Assembly (NCBI GenBank): GCA_965242865.1
Contig: CBDETK010000002.1
Coordinates: 1 to 11,896 of the forward strand
Origin: Candidatus Latescibacterota bacterium
GTDB taxonomy: Bacteria; Latescibacterota; UBA2968; UBA8231
DNA length: 11,896 nucleotides
Reading direction: 5' to 3'
Below, piece after piece: positions 3,909 to 11,896 of the stretch. Below the pieces are notes generated by a model, which was not told the DNA's origin, did no database searches, and worked only from the letters and a program-made list of their open reading frames with translations. Numbering within the stretch: position 1 is the stretch's first letter; every line of letters starts with the position of its first letter. A program made the position numbers and the translations under genes.

Positions 3909-6900
3909 TCAATCGACCACTTGGAACGTGATCGGCATATAGATTGTTTCTGTGCCGTCCGACGCAATCAGCACCGCCGGCCGTGGGTATAGGTCGGCGG
4001 TGCTTTGTGCGTTGGCCGACAACTGGAACACGTTGCGCGCTAATGTGCTGCTACGGGCTATTTGCACCGGGCAGCCCGTCGTGTACGCAAAGCGTAGCGT
4101 GTAGGTGATCGTACGCCCCGCCACCGTGCTGGCATACGAGAAGTCCGCATTGGCGGTCTGTCGTTGCGTCCCGCGCGTCCCCTCATTGAACACCACAAAG
4201 TTGCGCGTCCCTTTCTTGATGGGATAGAAGGTCTGCGCGGGGATGCCCGAGGCGTTCGGTAGCTCATACGCCCACGTCAGGTTATTGGCGGCGGCCGACG
4301 CGCCCCCCACAAACGTCTTGAGGGTGCTTAGCTTGACGAAGCGGTTGGGGTCGCCACTGGTGCTCTCATCGCTGACGACCATGCGGTCATCATCGTGCAG
4401 GGTCGTTAGCTCGGTGGTGACATCATCGTGTAGGTCGAACGCAAGCCGGCTTTTTATTTGGGCGAAGGTTACATAGCGGTTCGGGTCACCGGGTATAAGT
4501 TCTGCACTCACCACAAACCTATCATCATTTTGTGGTGAGTGCCCTATGGTAACGTCGTCATGCAGGTCAAACAGGGACCCTATCTGATACTTATACAGCC
4601 TAAGCGGCCTTGCGGTGACGTCGGTATGGCTGGCCGCAATGAACAGGTTGCGGCTGCTGTCGGTCGCCAGATAGACCACACGCTCCGCCGAGCCGCTCGA
4701 CGCGCCAATGGTCAAGCTAAGGCTTAGGTCGTCACTAACCAGACCATTATGTCTTCCATCGGTGGTCAAGTTGCCGCCGTAGAACCATTTGAGTTCGGCG
4801 CGCTCGCCGCCCAAGTCAATCGCAAAGATAGACGTAGCATAATCGGTGGGTAGGTTCATGTTGGCATCTACATACCGACGACGCCCCAACGTCGAGGAAA
4901 CGATTGAACTGCGGCTTGACACCAGCTTCAACCCGCCCGGCGCATCGGTCGAGAACGTGGGGGTGAGGAACGTTCTAAGTGTAGCCAAGGTGGCATAGCG
5001 GTTGGGGTCGCCACTGGCCGACTCGTCGCTCACCAACAGCCTATCGTCATCATGCAGCGCGGCGATAGCCGTTGTTACATCGTCATGCAGGTCAAACGAG
5101 CCGCCGCCACTGCTGCCTATGAACGTCTTGAGGGTTGCCAGCGTGACGTATCGGTTCGGATCGCCTGACACCGACTCATCGCTAACCAGCATCCGATCGC
5201 TCTCGTTCAGTGACGAGATAGCCGTTGTTACATCGTCATGCAGGTCAAACGAACCGCCGCCGCCCGTGCTTAGGCCCGCCGTAATGAAGGTCTTGAGGCT
5301 TGCCAGCGTGACGTAGCGGTTGGGATCGCCGCTGGCCGACTCGTCGCTAACCAACATCCTATCGTCGTTATGCAGGGACGGAATGACTGTGGTAACGTCA
5401 TCGTGCAGATCAAAATCGCCGCCGCCACTACTTAACCCAGCCGTGAAGAACGTCTTGAGGGTGCTGAGGGTGACGTAGCGGTTCGGATCGCCGCTGGCCG
5501 ACTCGTCGCTCACCACCATGCGGTCGTCGTTGTGCAAGGCGGTCAGTTGCGTCGTAACGTCCTCGTGCAGGTCAAAGGCGACGTAGTTTTTAAGGGTTGA
5601 AGCAGTAATGTACACATTGGTATGATCATGAATGTTGCCAAGAAGGAACCTGTCCGTGGCTATCACCGACGATTTGGCGTTTGTGACATCGGAAAACAAT
5701 ACAAAGCCCCCGCGATCAAGCCCCTCGGTGATAAAGGTCTTGAGGAGTCCCAAGGTAATGTATCGGTTGGGATCATTCGTCAATGATTCGTCGCTAACGA
5801 TCATCCGGTCGTTGTTGTGCAGGGATGCGATAGCCGTGGGGACATCCGTATGCACTCTGAAGTCATCGGTAACAGGCAGGTCTTGCCATGTACTGCCATC
5901 CCAATACTCAAGCCCCGAAGGACTGGCATTGTTATACCGTACTTCCCCTTGGCTGCCTATATCGGGTTCGCGGATGGTGACTCGAATGATCTGACTGATC
6001 GTCTCTGTTCCACTCTGAGCAACCCACGTGAACGAACTGATCGTCTCAAGCACCGGCAAGCGCCCTACCACCGCAACGGCCCGCACGGTGGTGTTGACCG
6101 AGAGATAGGACGGCACCCCTTCGGCGCGATAGGCCACGGCCGCCGCCTCGGTGGTCGTGGCCGCCGGCAGTATAGGGGCCGCCGGTTGGAGCACCGCCGT
6201 CCCCACATCGCCCGTAAGAGCGGTCACGCCGCTCTCATCCCATGTAAGCGTAGGCGGAGCCGCCCCCGCAGCAATGCCTTCCGGTATCTGAAAGAGCGAT
6301 ATGTCGTTGACATGATGCGTGAACGTGCTGCGGAACATAAGCGTATTACTCGAGGAACGAGCAATCACCTTCTCGTTGACCAATAAGGCTCCTACTGTCG
6401 TGTCCGCAGCGTATTCATAATCGGTGTTTGCTCTTTCAACCAGGCTGCGTAGCGTCTCTGCACGAACAAAGAAACTGCCGCTCGTCCTATATAGAAGCCG
6501 GTAGTAGAGCAAGCACAATCCACTGGCGGGCAGGGCAATGCCCGTGTCCATCCAACCGGCAGCGTTCGGATCGCCGCCCGAGAGACTACGGTTTCTAAAA
6601 GGCTGCCCTATGCGCGTGATGCTGTTGACATCATTCTGCTCAAGCGTAAGCGAATAAACACGCAACGTTCCCGTGTTAGAAGCCGTGAAACGATCTACGT
6701 CATTGACTATGCGGAACAACAACTGGTTCGACTCAGATCGTGTTAGTTCAATCCATGTGGTGGTACTATATGGGGCTGTGTAATAGAGGTATTGTGCCGC
6801 CGTCGGCCGGCCGCCTCTGCTGGGAGGGAACAGGCGCAATAACGAAGGAGAAAAGACTATGTATCGACCGCTCCAATCATCGACATGTAACAACAACCAC

Positions 6901-9869
6901 CCCGCGGTCGGTAGGGTTATGCCTGTGTTGTAATAATAGGCACTGCCTCGGGCGGCCAGCGTGTAATCGCTGCCCACTTTAGTTATGCCTGAGTCGCCTG
7001 TACCGGGAAACGCGAGACGATAGACGGTAAAGGTGCTATTGAATAAGCGACTAAAATCGGCATCATTAACGGCATCTATCAACAGTTCATGGGTTGCCGA
7101 TTTTGATAGTGTCACAAAAAAATCGCCGGCTGAGACTGCGGTTGTTCCGGTCGTCCCCATCTCGGAACGCATCTCAGCCGCATTAAACAGGTAGCTTGGC
7201 CCTTTTGCGAACTGAAAGAATAGCCAGCCCGTCTCGGGGATGGTAAAGCCGGTGGCCCATTGCGTGGAGCCTGAATAGGTGAACGAATACGTATCGCCTA
7301 TCTGCTCTATCGAATAGTCTGTTGGCAGCCGGTCAATGTTTAAGGTGATCACCTGCGAGATGACTTCGCTGCCGCTGGTCGCCTGCCATACAAAAGAGGC
7401 CGGCCCCATAGGGGCATTACCCGTAGCGGTAACAGCCCGTGTAGCGACGTTAATGCTAAGCCATGACGGGGCATCCACCGCCGCATACACAATAGCCTCC
7501 CCGTCGCCCTGCGTAGCCGACGGCAGCACCGGCGCGGTCGGGTCTAAGGTCTGTGTGCCCTGTGTAACCCGAATACTATAGGCGTCGTCGTTGTCCCATG
7601 TCAGCTTAGACGTAACAGCCGTAACATCCGCCGGCGTTGTAACCTCCACCGTGCTCGCCGGCACGGAGCCGGTCACGAGCGTCCCCGTGGGCAGCCACCA
7701 CGCGGCCCTGATGCGTATCTTCGTCTCGGCGGGTAGGGTGTCGAGAAGAATGTCGTCGCCCACGTCAACGCTCTCGCGCCGCCCTAAGCGCGTATAGGTC
7801 TCGACCGCGCCGGGCAACGGAGCGGTCGTAAGGCTACCCCACTCCAACGAGACCTGCGGAAAGACGGCGTTGGTTATGTTAACCGTCACGCGGTCGTGCA
7901 ACAGGTCCTTCGTGGTGATCGTGGGGGGGGCGGTCGCCTGCTCGGGCAACGGCGTCGTGTCGATCTCGCCTAACGCCGTCGAGGCACCAAACAACGTATC
8001 GGGATCCTCGCGCAGATAGGCTTGAAGCGTAAGCTCTTTCGTTACATTCGTCCTAACCACCCGGAACCGCTCGCCCGCGATCCCTTGCTGCGGATCCGTG
8101 AGGGTGACATAATCCCCGGGGCGCACCGTGAGAAGCGCCAGGTTATCGCGGGGGCGTAAGACGTACGTGCTGCCCCTAAAGAGGCGCAGGTGGCGTAGGG
8201 CCAGCGCGGTAAGGCGTTGCGCGGTGTGGGCATTAGAAACCAACGAGACATCGGGCAGCCGCTTTTTTAGGCGCACGTTGCCATCATCGGTCAGCGCATC
8301 GCTATTCGTCAGTTGGATGTCGTAGGGCTGATAGTTCGCTTGGGCGGCCTGCTCGACCTTACAGGCAACCACGTTGATACGCTCCTCCACCGGGGGGGCG
8401 ACATAAAACGGATTGCTCTGAACAATATCATCCGCGGTGAGCACTCGTGCGCCCGACGGGTAGGCGCGCCCCGGCTCGTAATACACCTTGTCGCCATGCT
8501 CGACGACCGCGCCCTGCCACGCAAAGTCTAACTCCTCCTCCACCGCCCGCGGGTCATCGCTATACTGCACCAGACCCGACACCGGGTATTGAATCGTGCG
8601 CGGCACCAACGCCACCGTGACCGTGCCACCAATCTGCTGAATAATCTTTTGGTGGTCCGCCGCCGAGATCGTCCACGAGGCATAGCCCGTGTGCCAGGTG
8701 GGGTCGGTCTGCCCCGACAGGTCCGCCCGCCGCAACGTACTCGTCGGACGGCCCTCGCCGTCTATGTCATCGGGATGCAGCCAGACCACACCCCCATTCG
8801 CCAGCGTGATTTTTACGGAAACGCTATGCGTCCGCAGCCAATTCCCGATAGGTTGGGTCAGCGTGACGGTATTCGCGGTCTGCGTGGCCGCCTCCACGTT
8901 GACCCGGGCGGTATGCACCGCCCCCGTAGCACTTATCTCTATGTTCGTCAGCAGATGGCCCGACGAAAATGTGCGTTGCGCGTCCGTGCCCGCGGGCGCA
9001 AAGGTGCGCGCAGGCCCCGCCCCCGTCACCGCGCAACTCACCGACAGCACGTCCGCAAACTCGACCGACCGCGCGCATTCGGCTACTGCCGACGTGAACG
9101 CGGTGCTATCCAACGACGCATCCTCATCGCCAAACACGCGCTTGCGGTAGTCGTAGCGGACCACTGCCGCATTTTCGGAAAACGTGGGCGTCGTTTGTCC
9201 CGGCCAAGTCGTTTTGAGACCGCGCACGAGAAAACGGATGTTCGGTACAGAATCCTCGTTCTGCCAATAGCGTATCGTGCGGAACGATTGACCTGCTAAA
9301 ATGCGCTCAGACCGGGCGCTGGTCAGTTTGACATGAACCCAGCTCCAATTTTCCATACGATGGCTGCGCGACCAACCGCCCTTAGCCCACAGGCTGGCAC
9401 CCTGATTGCCGTCCGCCGCGAAGTACTCGCGCAACTCAATCCCGCCATTGAAGTCCAGTATATCCGTTTCACAGGTCAGCCTATCGCCAGTCTCGCCCGT
9501 GGGCGGATCATGGCGGGTGAGCACCGCCGGGCGGTCGTTGATATAGAGACCCTCAATCGCCTCCATCGCGCCGCGACCCAACACATAAGCCAAATGCAAA
9601 TCCACCGGGTTCGCTGGGTCTTGCCAAGCAAAGACCAAGTGCCCCGGAACGTTTGCCCGACCATAGACCAAGCGCGGCGTCAATGGGCCGCTACTGGGTA
9701 CCTGTAATTCGCGCTGTATGCGCTCGTCGTGCGCGGGGTTGCGGTTCAGCAGATAGCCTACCGCACCCAAGCCCAGCGCCGCGGTGACGCCCCAGGGACC
9801 GGAAAGCTGCCACGCCGCCAGTTCACCGCCGACGCTCGTAGCCAGTTTTAAGAAATTTCTGTCGGCCAT
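3909..9869 (-). CDS. Phage tail tip / host-specificity (gpJ-like) protein fused to a repetitive tail fibre/adhesin (1986 aa)
   Basis: N-terminal motifs typical of tail tip proteins (PRLVYGRANVPG, GAMEAIEGLYIND, PNIRFLVRGLK, TFSENAA). Thr/Ser/Gly-rich beta composition, duplicated Ig-like segments, 8 fibre-type repeats, and position after the minor tail genes. Confidence 0.85.
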   Translation of the reverse strand: MADRNFLKLATSVGGELAAWQLSGPWGVTAALGLGAVGYLLNRNPAHDERIQRELQVPSSGPLTPRLVYGRANVPGHLVFAWQDPANPVDLHLAYVLGRGAMEAIEGLYINDRPAVLTRHDPPTGETGDRLTCETDILDFNGGIELREYFAADGNQGASLWAKGGWSRSHRMENWSWVHVKLTSARSERILAGQSFRTIRYWQNEDSVPNIRFLVRGLKTTWPGQTTPTFSENAAVVRYDYRKRVFGDEDASLDSTAFTSAVAECARSVEFADVLSVSCAVTGAGPARTFAPAGTDAQRTFSSGHLLTNIEISATGAVHTARVNVEAATQTANTVTLTQPIGNWLRTHSVSVKITLANGGVVWLHPDDIDGEGRPTSTLRRADLSGQTDPTWHTGYASWTISAADHQKIIQQIGGTVTVALVPRTIQYPVSGLVQYSDDPRAVEEELDFAWQGAVVEHGDKVYYEPGRAYPSGARVLTADDIVQSNPFYVAPPVEERINVVACKVEQAAQANYQPYDIQLTNSDALTDDGNVRLKKRLPDVSLVSNAHTAQRLTALALRHLRLFRGSTYVLRPRDNLALLTVRPGDYVTLTDPQQGIAGERFRVVRTNVTKELTLQAYLREDPDTLFGASTALGEIDTTPLPEQATAPPTITTKDLLHDRVTVNITNAVFPQVSLEWGSLTTAPLPGAVETYTRLGRRESVDVGDDILLDTLPAETKIRIRAAWWLPTGTLVTGSVPASTVEVTTPADVTAVTSKLTWDNDDAYSIRVTQGTQTLDPTAPVLPSATQGDGEAIVYAAVDAPSWLSINVATRAVTATGNAPMGPASFVWQATSGSEVISQVITLNIDRLPTDYSIEQIGDTYSFTYSGSTQWATGFTIPETGWLFFQFAKGPSYLFNAAEMRSEMGTTGTTAVSAGDFFVTLSKSATHELLIDAVNDADFSRLFNSTFTVYRLAFPGTGDSGITKVGSDYTLAARGSAYYYNTGITLPTAGWLLLHVDDWSGRYIVFSPSLLRLFPPSRGGRPTAAQYLYYTAPYSTTTWIELTRSESNQLLFRIVNDVDRFTASNTGTLRVYSLTLEQNDVNSITRIGQPFRNRSLSGGDPNAAGWMDTGIALPASGLCLLYYRLLYRTSGSFFVRAETLRSLVERANTDYEYAADTTVGALLVNEKVIARSSSNTLMFRSTFTHHVNDISLFQIPEGIAAGAAPPTLTWDESGVTALTGDVGTAVLQPAAPILPAATTTEAAAVAYRAEGVPSYLSVNTTVRAVAVVGRLPVLETISSFTWVAQSGTETISQIIRVTIREPDIGSQGEVRYNNASPSGLEYWDGSTWQDLPVTDDFRVHTDVPTAIASLHNNDRMIVSDESLTNDPNRYITLGLLKTFITEGLDRGGFVLFSDVTNAKSSVIATDRFLLGNIHDHTNVYITASTLKNYVAFDLHEDVTTQLTALHNDDRMVVSDESASGDPNRYVTLSTLKTFFTAGLSSGGGDFDLHDDVTTVIPSLHNDDRMLVSDESASGDPNRYVTLASLKTFITAGLSTGGGGSFDLHDDVTTAISSLNESDRMLVSDESVSGDPNRYVTLATLKTFIGSSGGGSFDLHDDVTTAIAALHDDDRLLVSDESASGDPNRYATLATLRTFLTPTFSTDAPGGLKLVSSRSSIVSSTLGRRRYVDANMNLPTDYATSIFAIDLGGERAELKWFYGGNLTTDGRHNGLVSDDLSLSLTIGASSGSAERVVYLATDSSRNLFIAASHTDVTARPLRLYKYQIGSLFDLHDDVTIGHSPQNDDRFVVSAELIPGDPNRYVTFAQIKSRLAFDLHDDVTTELTTLHDDDRMVVSDESTSGDPNRFVKLSTLKTFVGGASAAANNLTWAYELPNASGIPAQTFYPIKKGTRNFVVFNEGTRGTQRQTANADFSYASTVAGRTITYTLRFAYTTGCPVQIARSSTLARNVFQLSANAQSTADLYPRPAVLIASDGTETIYMPITFQVVD
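4311..5864 (-). repeat. Eight intragenic ~45-50 aa repeats FDLHDDVTTxxxxLHxDDRMxVSDESxSGDPNRYVTLxTLKTF (six, then an insert, then two)
   Basis: Directly visible in the translation and as recurring plus-strand DNA motifs such as tcgtgcaggtcaaa and cggttgggatcgcc. One copy is degenerate. Confidence 0.9.
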
Positions 9870-9874
9870 TGAAG

Positions 9875-10381
9875 TTATCCTGTGGCCCGCGCCAGCGGCC
9901 AGTCAAATTTCTTTTCGCTCACTTCATACATGAAGTCTAATCCAATATCGGGGTCGCCCACGCGCTCATTTTCGCGTTGTCGTTCGGGCGTCCAAACGGC
10001 GTCCGGTTTCAACAAGTTGAACTTGCGCTTGGAGACTTCCAACAACCATTCACCGGCCTTATCAACGGTGCTCTGTCCTGCCGTCCCCGTGAAGCGATAG
10101 CCCGTATCGGCCCATGCGCCGCCGTCCTCCCGCGAGAGAAGATAAACCGACACGGCCGCCGGCCCCAGGTCTTCCGGTAGGGTCTGCCGTTGGGCGTCCG
10201 AGAGGGCGATAGCCACCGCCAACGACGGCTCCGTCCCCGCCTCCAGCGTGTGCTGCGGGAAACGGACGTCGAGCAGCCGCCCCCCACCGCGATACACCTC
10301 GCTCTCAAACGTAATGTCGTCGGGGAACGTCGCCAAGCGCAACGTCGTTCCGATCTTCAAGAGAATAGCCGCGAACTGCAT
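9875..10381 (-). CDS. Minor tail protein (hub/DUF2163-like by position and motifs)
   Basis: GAGGAGG lies 7 nt before the ATG at 10381 (TGATG overlap). Motifs DITFESEVYRGGGRLL and WTPERQ...GDPDIGLDF; lies between the distal-tail-like gene and the tail tip gene. Confidence 0.7.
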   Translation of the reverse strand: MQFAAILLKIGTTLRLATFPDDITFESEVYRGGGRLLDVRFPQHTLEAGTEPSLAVAIALSDAQRQTLPEDLGPAAVSVYLLSREDGGAWADTGYRFTGTAGQSTVDKAGEWLLEVSKRKFNLLKPDAVWTPERQRENERVGDPDIGLDFMYEVSEKKFDWPLARATG

Positions 10382-10971
10382 CACACCGCCTCCTCAAAGG
10401 GGATGACCCACGGCCCCCACCGGGTCGCGGTGCGCGGTAGGTCTAACGCCCTCGTATCCAAGCGCACGTCCATGGTCGTCGCCGGGGTGATCCCATCGCC
10501 CACTGTTCCGACAAACACCGGCACCGGGTTCACTTGCGTCGCCGCGGGTTGCGCCCCGTAGGCTTGTAACAAGCGGTCGCCCGCCGAGAAGAACTGGCCG
10601 TCTGCCAACGCAACAGCACGGGAGAGGGTTAGACGCCCGCTCTGAGCATCTATCGCACTAATGGTGACAGACGGCACAGGGTTTTCAATCGTCCACAGAC
10701 CCGCCAACGGGAGCGCCACCGTCAGGTCACCGCCCCGCGTCTTACGCAGGAGCGCCGACAACTGACTGGCCAGCCGGTTCGCCTCGTCCTCCTGCTGATG
10801 GGCAAAGCTCATCCATGTCACCTCGCCCCGCCACGCCCCCGGCGCATAGTAGGCAAAAGACTGTTGACCCGTGTATTCAGAGCGATGCGATTGCAGCCCG
10901 GGTTCCCACGGCAACAACGACACCGCCGTGATGCGGTTCGCCAAATTTTCGGGGATTTGTATGTCGGCCAT
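10381..10971 (-). CDS. Distal tail protein-like minor tail protein (196 aa)
   Basis: Immediately downstream of the tape measure gene with TAATG overlap. SEYTGQQ...GAWRGEVTW motif and C-terminal IPFEEAV resemble such proteins. Confidence 0.7.
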   Translation of the reverse strand: MADIQIPENLANRITAVSLLPWEPGLQSHRSEYTGQQSFAYYAPGAWRGEVTWMSFAHQQEDEANRLASQLSALLRKTRGGDLTVALPLAGLWTIENPVPSVTISAIDAQSGRLTLSRAVALADGQFFSAGDRLLQAYGAQPAATQVNPVPVFVGTVGDGITPATTMDVRLDTRALDLPRTATRWGPWVIPFEEAV

Positions 10972-11896
10972 TATCGCCTCGTGTCGCGGGCTAACGAATC
11001 AGAAATATCGATCATGTTCGGCAATATCTTTTGGTTAAACTCACGGATCAACGCCTCCCCATCGCCAAACCCTTCAATATGAAACGTGGGCTGAAAATTT
11101 ATGGTCGGCTTACCCGCCGCTTCCCGTATAAGCTCTTCGGCCAAGCCCGGCTGCACCGACCCGATCCCCGTTGTGGGCGCACCTAATGCCGGCAGGCCGC
11201 GCAACTGATTAAGGAGATCGAGGGAACGATCCGCCGCCGACGTCTCAAAGAGGAACGGCGTCGTCCGCGGGTTGAAGATACGCGCCATCAGCGGCTCAAT
11301 AATCTTTAGGCGGATGACCAACAACGCCATCTGGCGAAGCATCTGGCGCATCGCCTCCACCACCGACCCCGGCCCTATGATAGCACTCGCAATGCCCTCA
11401 AACGCCCCCGTAAGGGTGCTACGCACCCGGGCACCCGCCTCGGTCATACGCGCTAACTGTTCATTCGTCGCTTGCAGCGGGCCAGTCAAAAGCCCTAAGC
11501 GCAAGAGCGGGGCTATGTCGGGTCCGGTGAACGCCTCCGCACTCACCCGCTGGCTCAAGCGCACCGCCCGCGCCATGAGGCGCGTACTCTTATCCACCTC
11601 CTCGCCCGTCTGACCAATCGTACCCGATAACAAGCCCCAGGCCCGACGCAGATCCTCCAGCGTCGCCTGCCACGTCAGACTCAACACATTATTGACGCGC
11701 TCGGACTCGGCTTCGGTCACCCCAAAATAGTCCAGCGTCAGGTCGCGGGTGCTTCGAAAAAATTGGGCGATCTGAGCCACATTCGCTTCCGCCTGTTTGC
11801 CAGTGGCCCGTAGCCCCGTTTCTAATTGCCCGGTAAACTCATCAATCACCGTGCTGAGACTCTCGCCGCGCAACCCCGCCGCAATCGCATCCACCA
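10971..11896 (-). CDS. C-terminal part of tail tape measure protein (start lies outside the window)
   Basis: Ala/Leu/Gly-rich amphipathic helical sequence open to the window edge. C-terminal PTINFQPTFHIEG motif and position upstream of the minor tail genes. Confidence 0.8.
   Translation of the reverse strand, partial: VDAIAAGLRGESLSTVIDEFTGQLETGLRATGKQAEANVAQIAQFFRSTRDLTLDYFGVTEAESERVNNVLSLTWQATLEDLRRAWGLLSGTIGQTGEEVDKSTRLMARAVRLSQRVSAEAFTGPDIAPLLRLGLLTGPLQATNEQLARMTEAGARVRSTLTGAFEGIASAIIGPGSVVEAMRQMLRQMALLVIRLKIIEPLMARIFNPRTTPFLFETSAADRSLDLLNQLRGLPALGAPTTGIGSVQPGLAEELIREAAGKPTINFQPTFHIEGFGDGEALIREFNQKILPNMIDISDSLARDTRR

Larger units (their letters stand above)
1..11896. mobile_element. Tailed phage/prophage segment: accessory gene cluster (+) converging on tail morphogenesis operon (-)
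   Basis: Gene order tape measure > distal tail > minor tail > large tail tip/fibre with overlapping stop/start codons, plus densely packed small hypothetical ORFs with strong RBSs. No housekeeping genes seen. Confidence 0.9.

Noticed and set aside
3909-4300. Diversity-generating retroelement target at the tail protein C-terminus
   Set aside because: No template repeat with adenine-specific mismatches and no reverse transcriptase in the window. The 2791/2915 duplication has mismatches not confined to adenines.
4311-5864. Periodic DNA repeats as a non-coding array
   Set aside because: They are in frame within the 1986-aa ORF and vary largely at synonymous positions, so they are protein repeats.

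Overview
The window looks like part of a tailed (siphovirus-like) phage or prophage with two convergent modules. The minus strand (3909-11896) is a tail operon: the 3' part of a tape-measure-like gene, a distal-tail-like gene, a minor tail/hub gene and a 1986-aa tail tip/fibre protein with several internal repeat families. The plus strand (1-3663) is a tightly packed cluster of small, mostly hypothetical genes, one with a helix-turn-helix (HTH). The most striking feature is four loci at gene boundaries (211-317, 2356-2392, 2842-2914, 3683-3755) carrying CRISPR-repeat-like units with no cas genes and no regular spacers. There are two repeat types: A (37 nt) and B (36-40 nt), directly fused A-B at two loci. 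Each is a hairpin followed by TGGATTGAAA(C/T), or a variant in fused A units, which matches the 11-nt type I-C crRNA 5' handle. Differences between copies keep the stems paired in a plus-strand RNA. My best hypothesis is a dispersed, multi-copy RNA anti-CRISPR (Racr-like) or CRISPR-hijacking system, possibly with neighbouring Acr/Aca-like genes. One cassette is followed directly by a diverged copy of the 3' end of the adjacent HTH gene. All function calls come from motif reading only; no searches were run.
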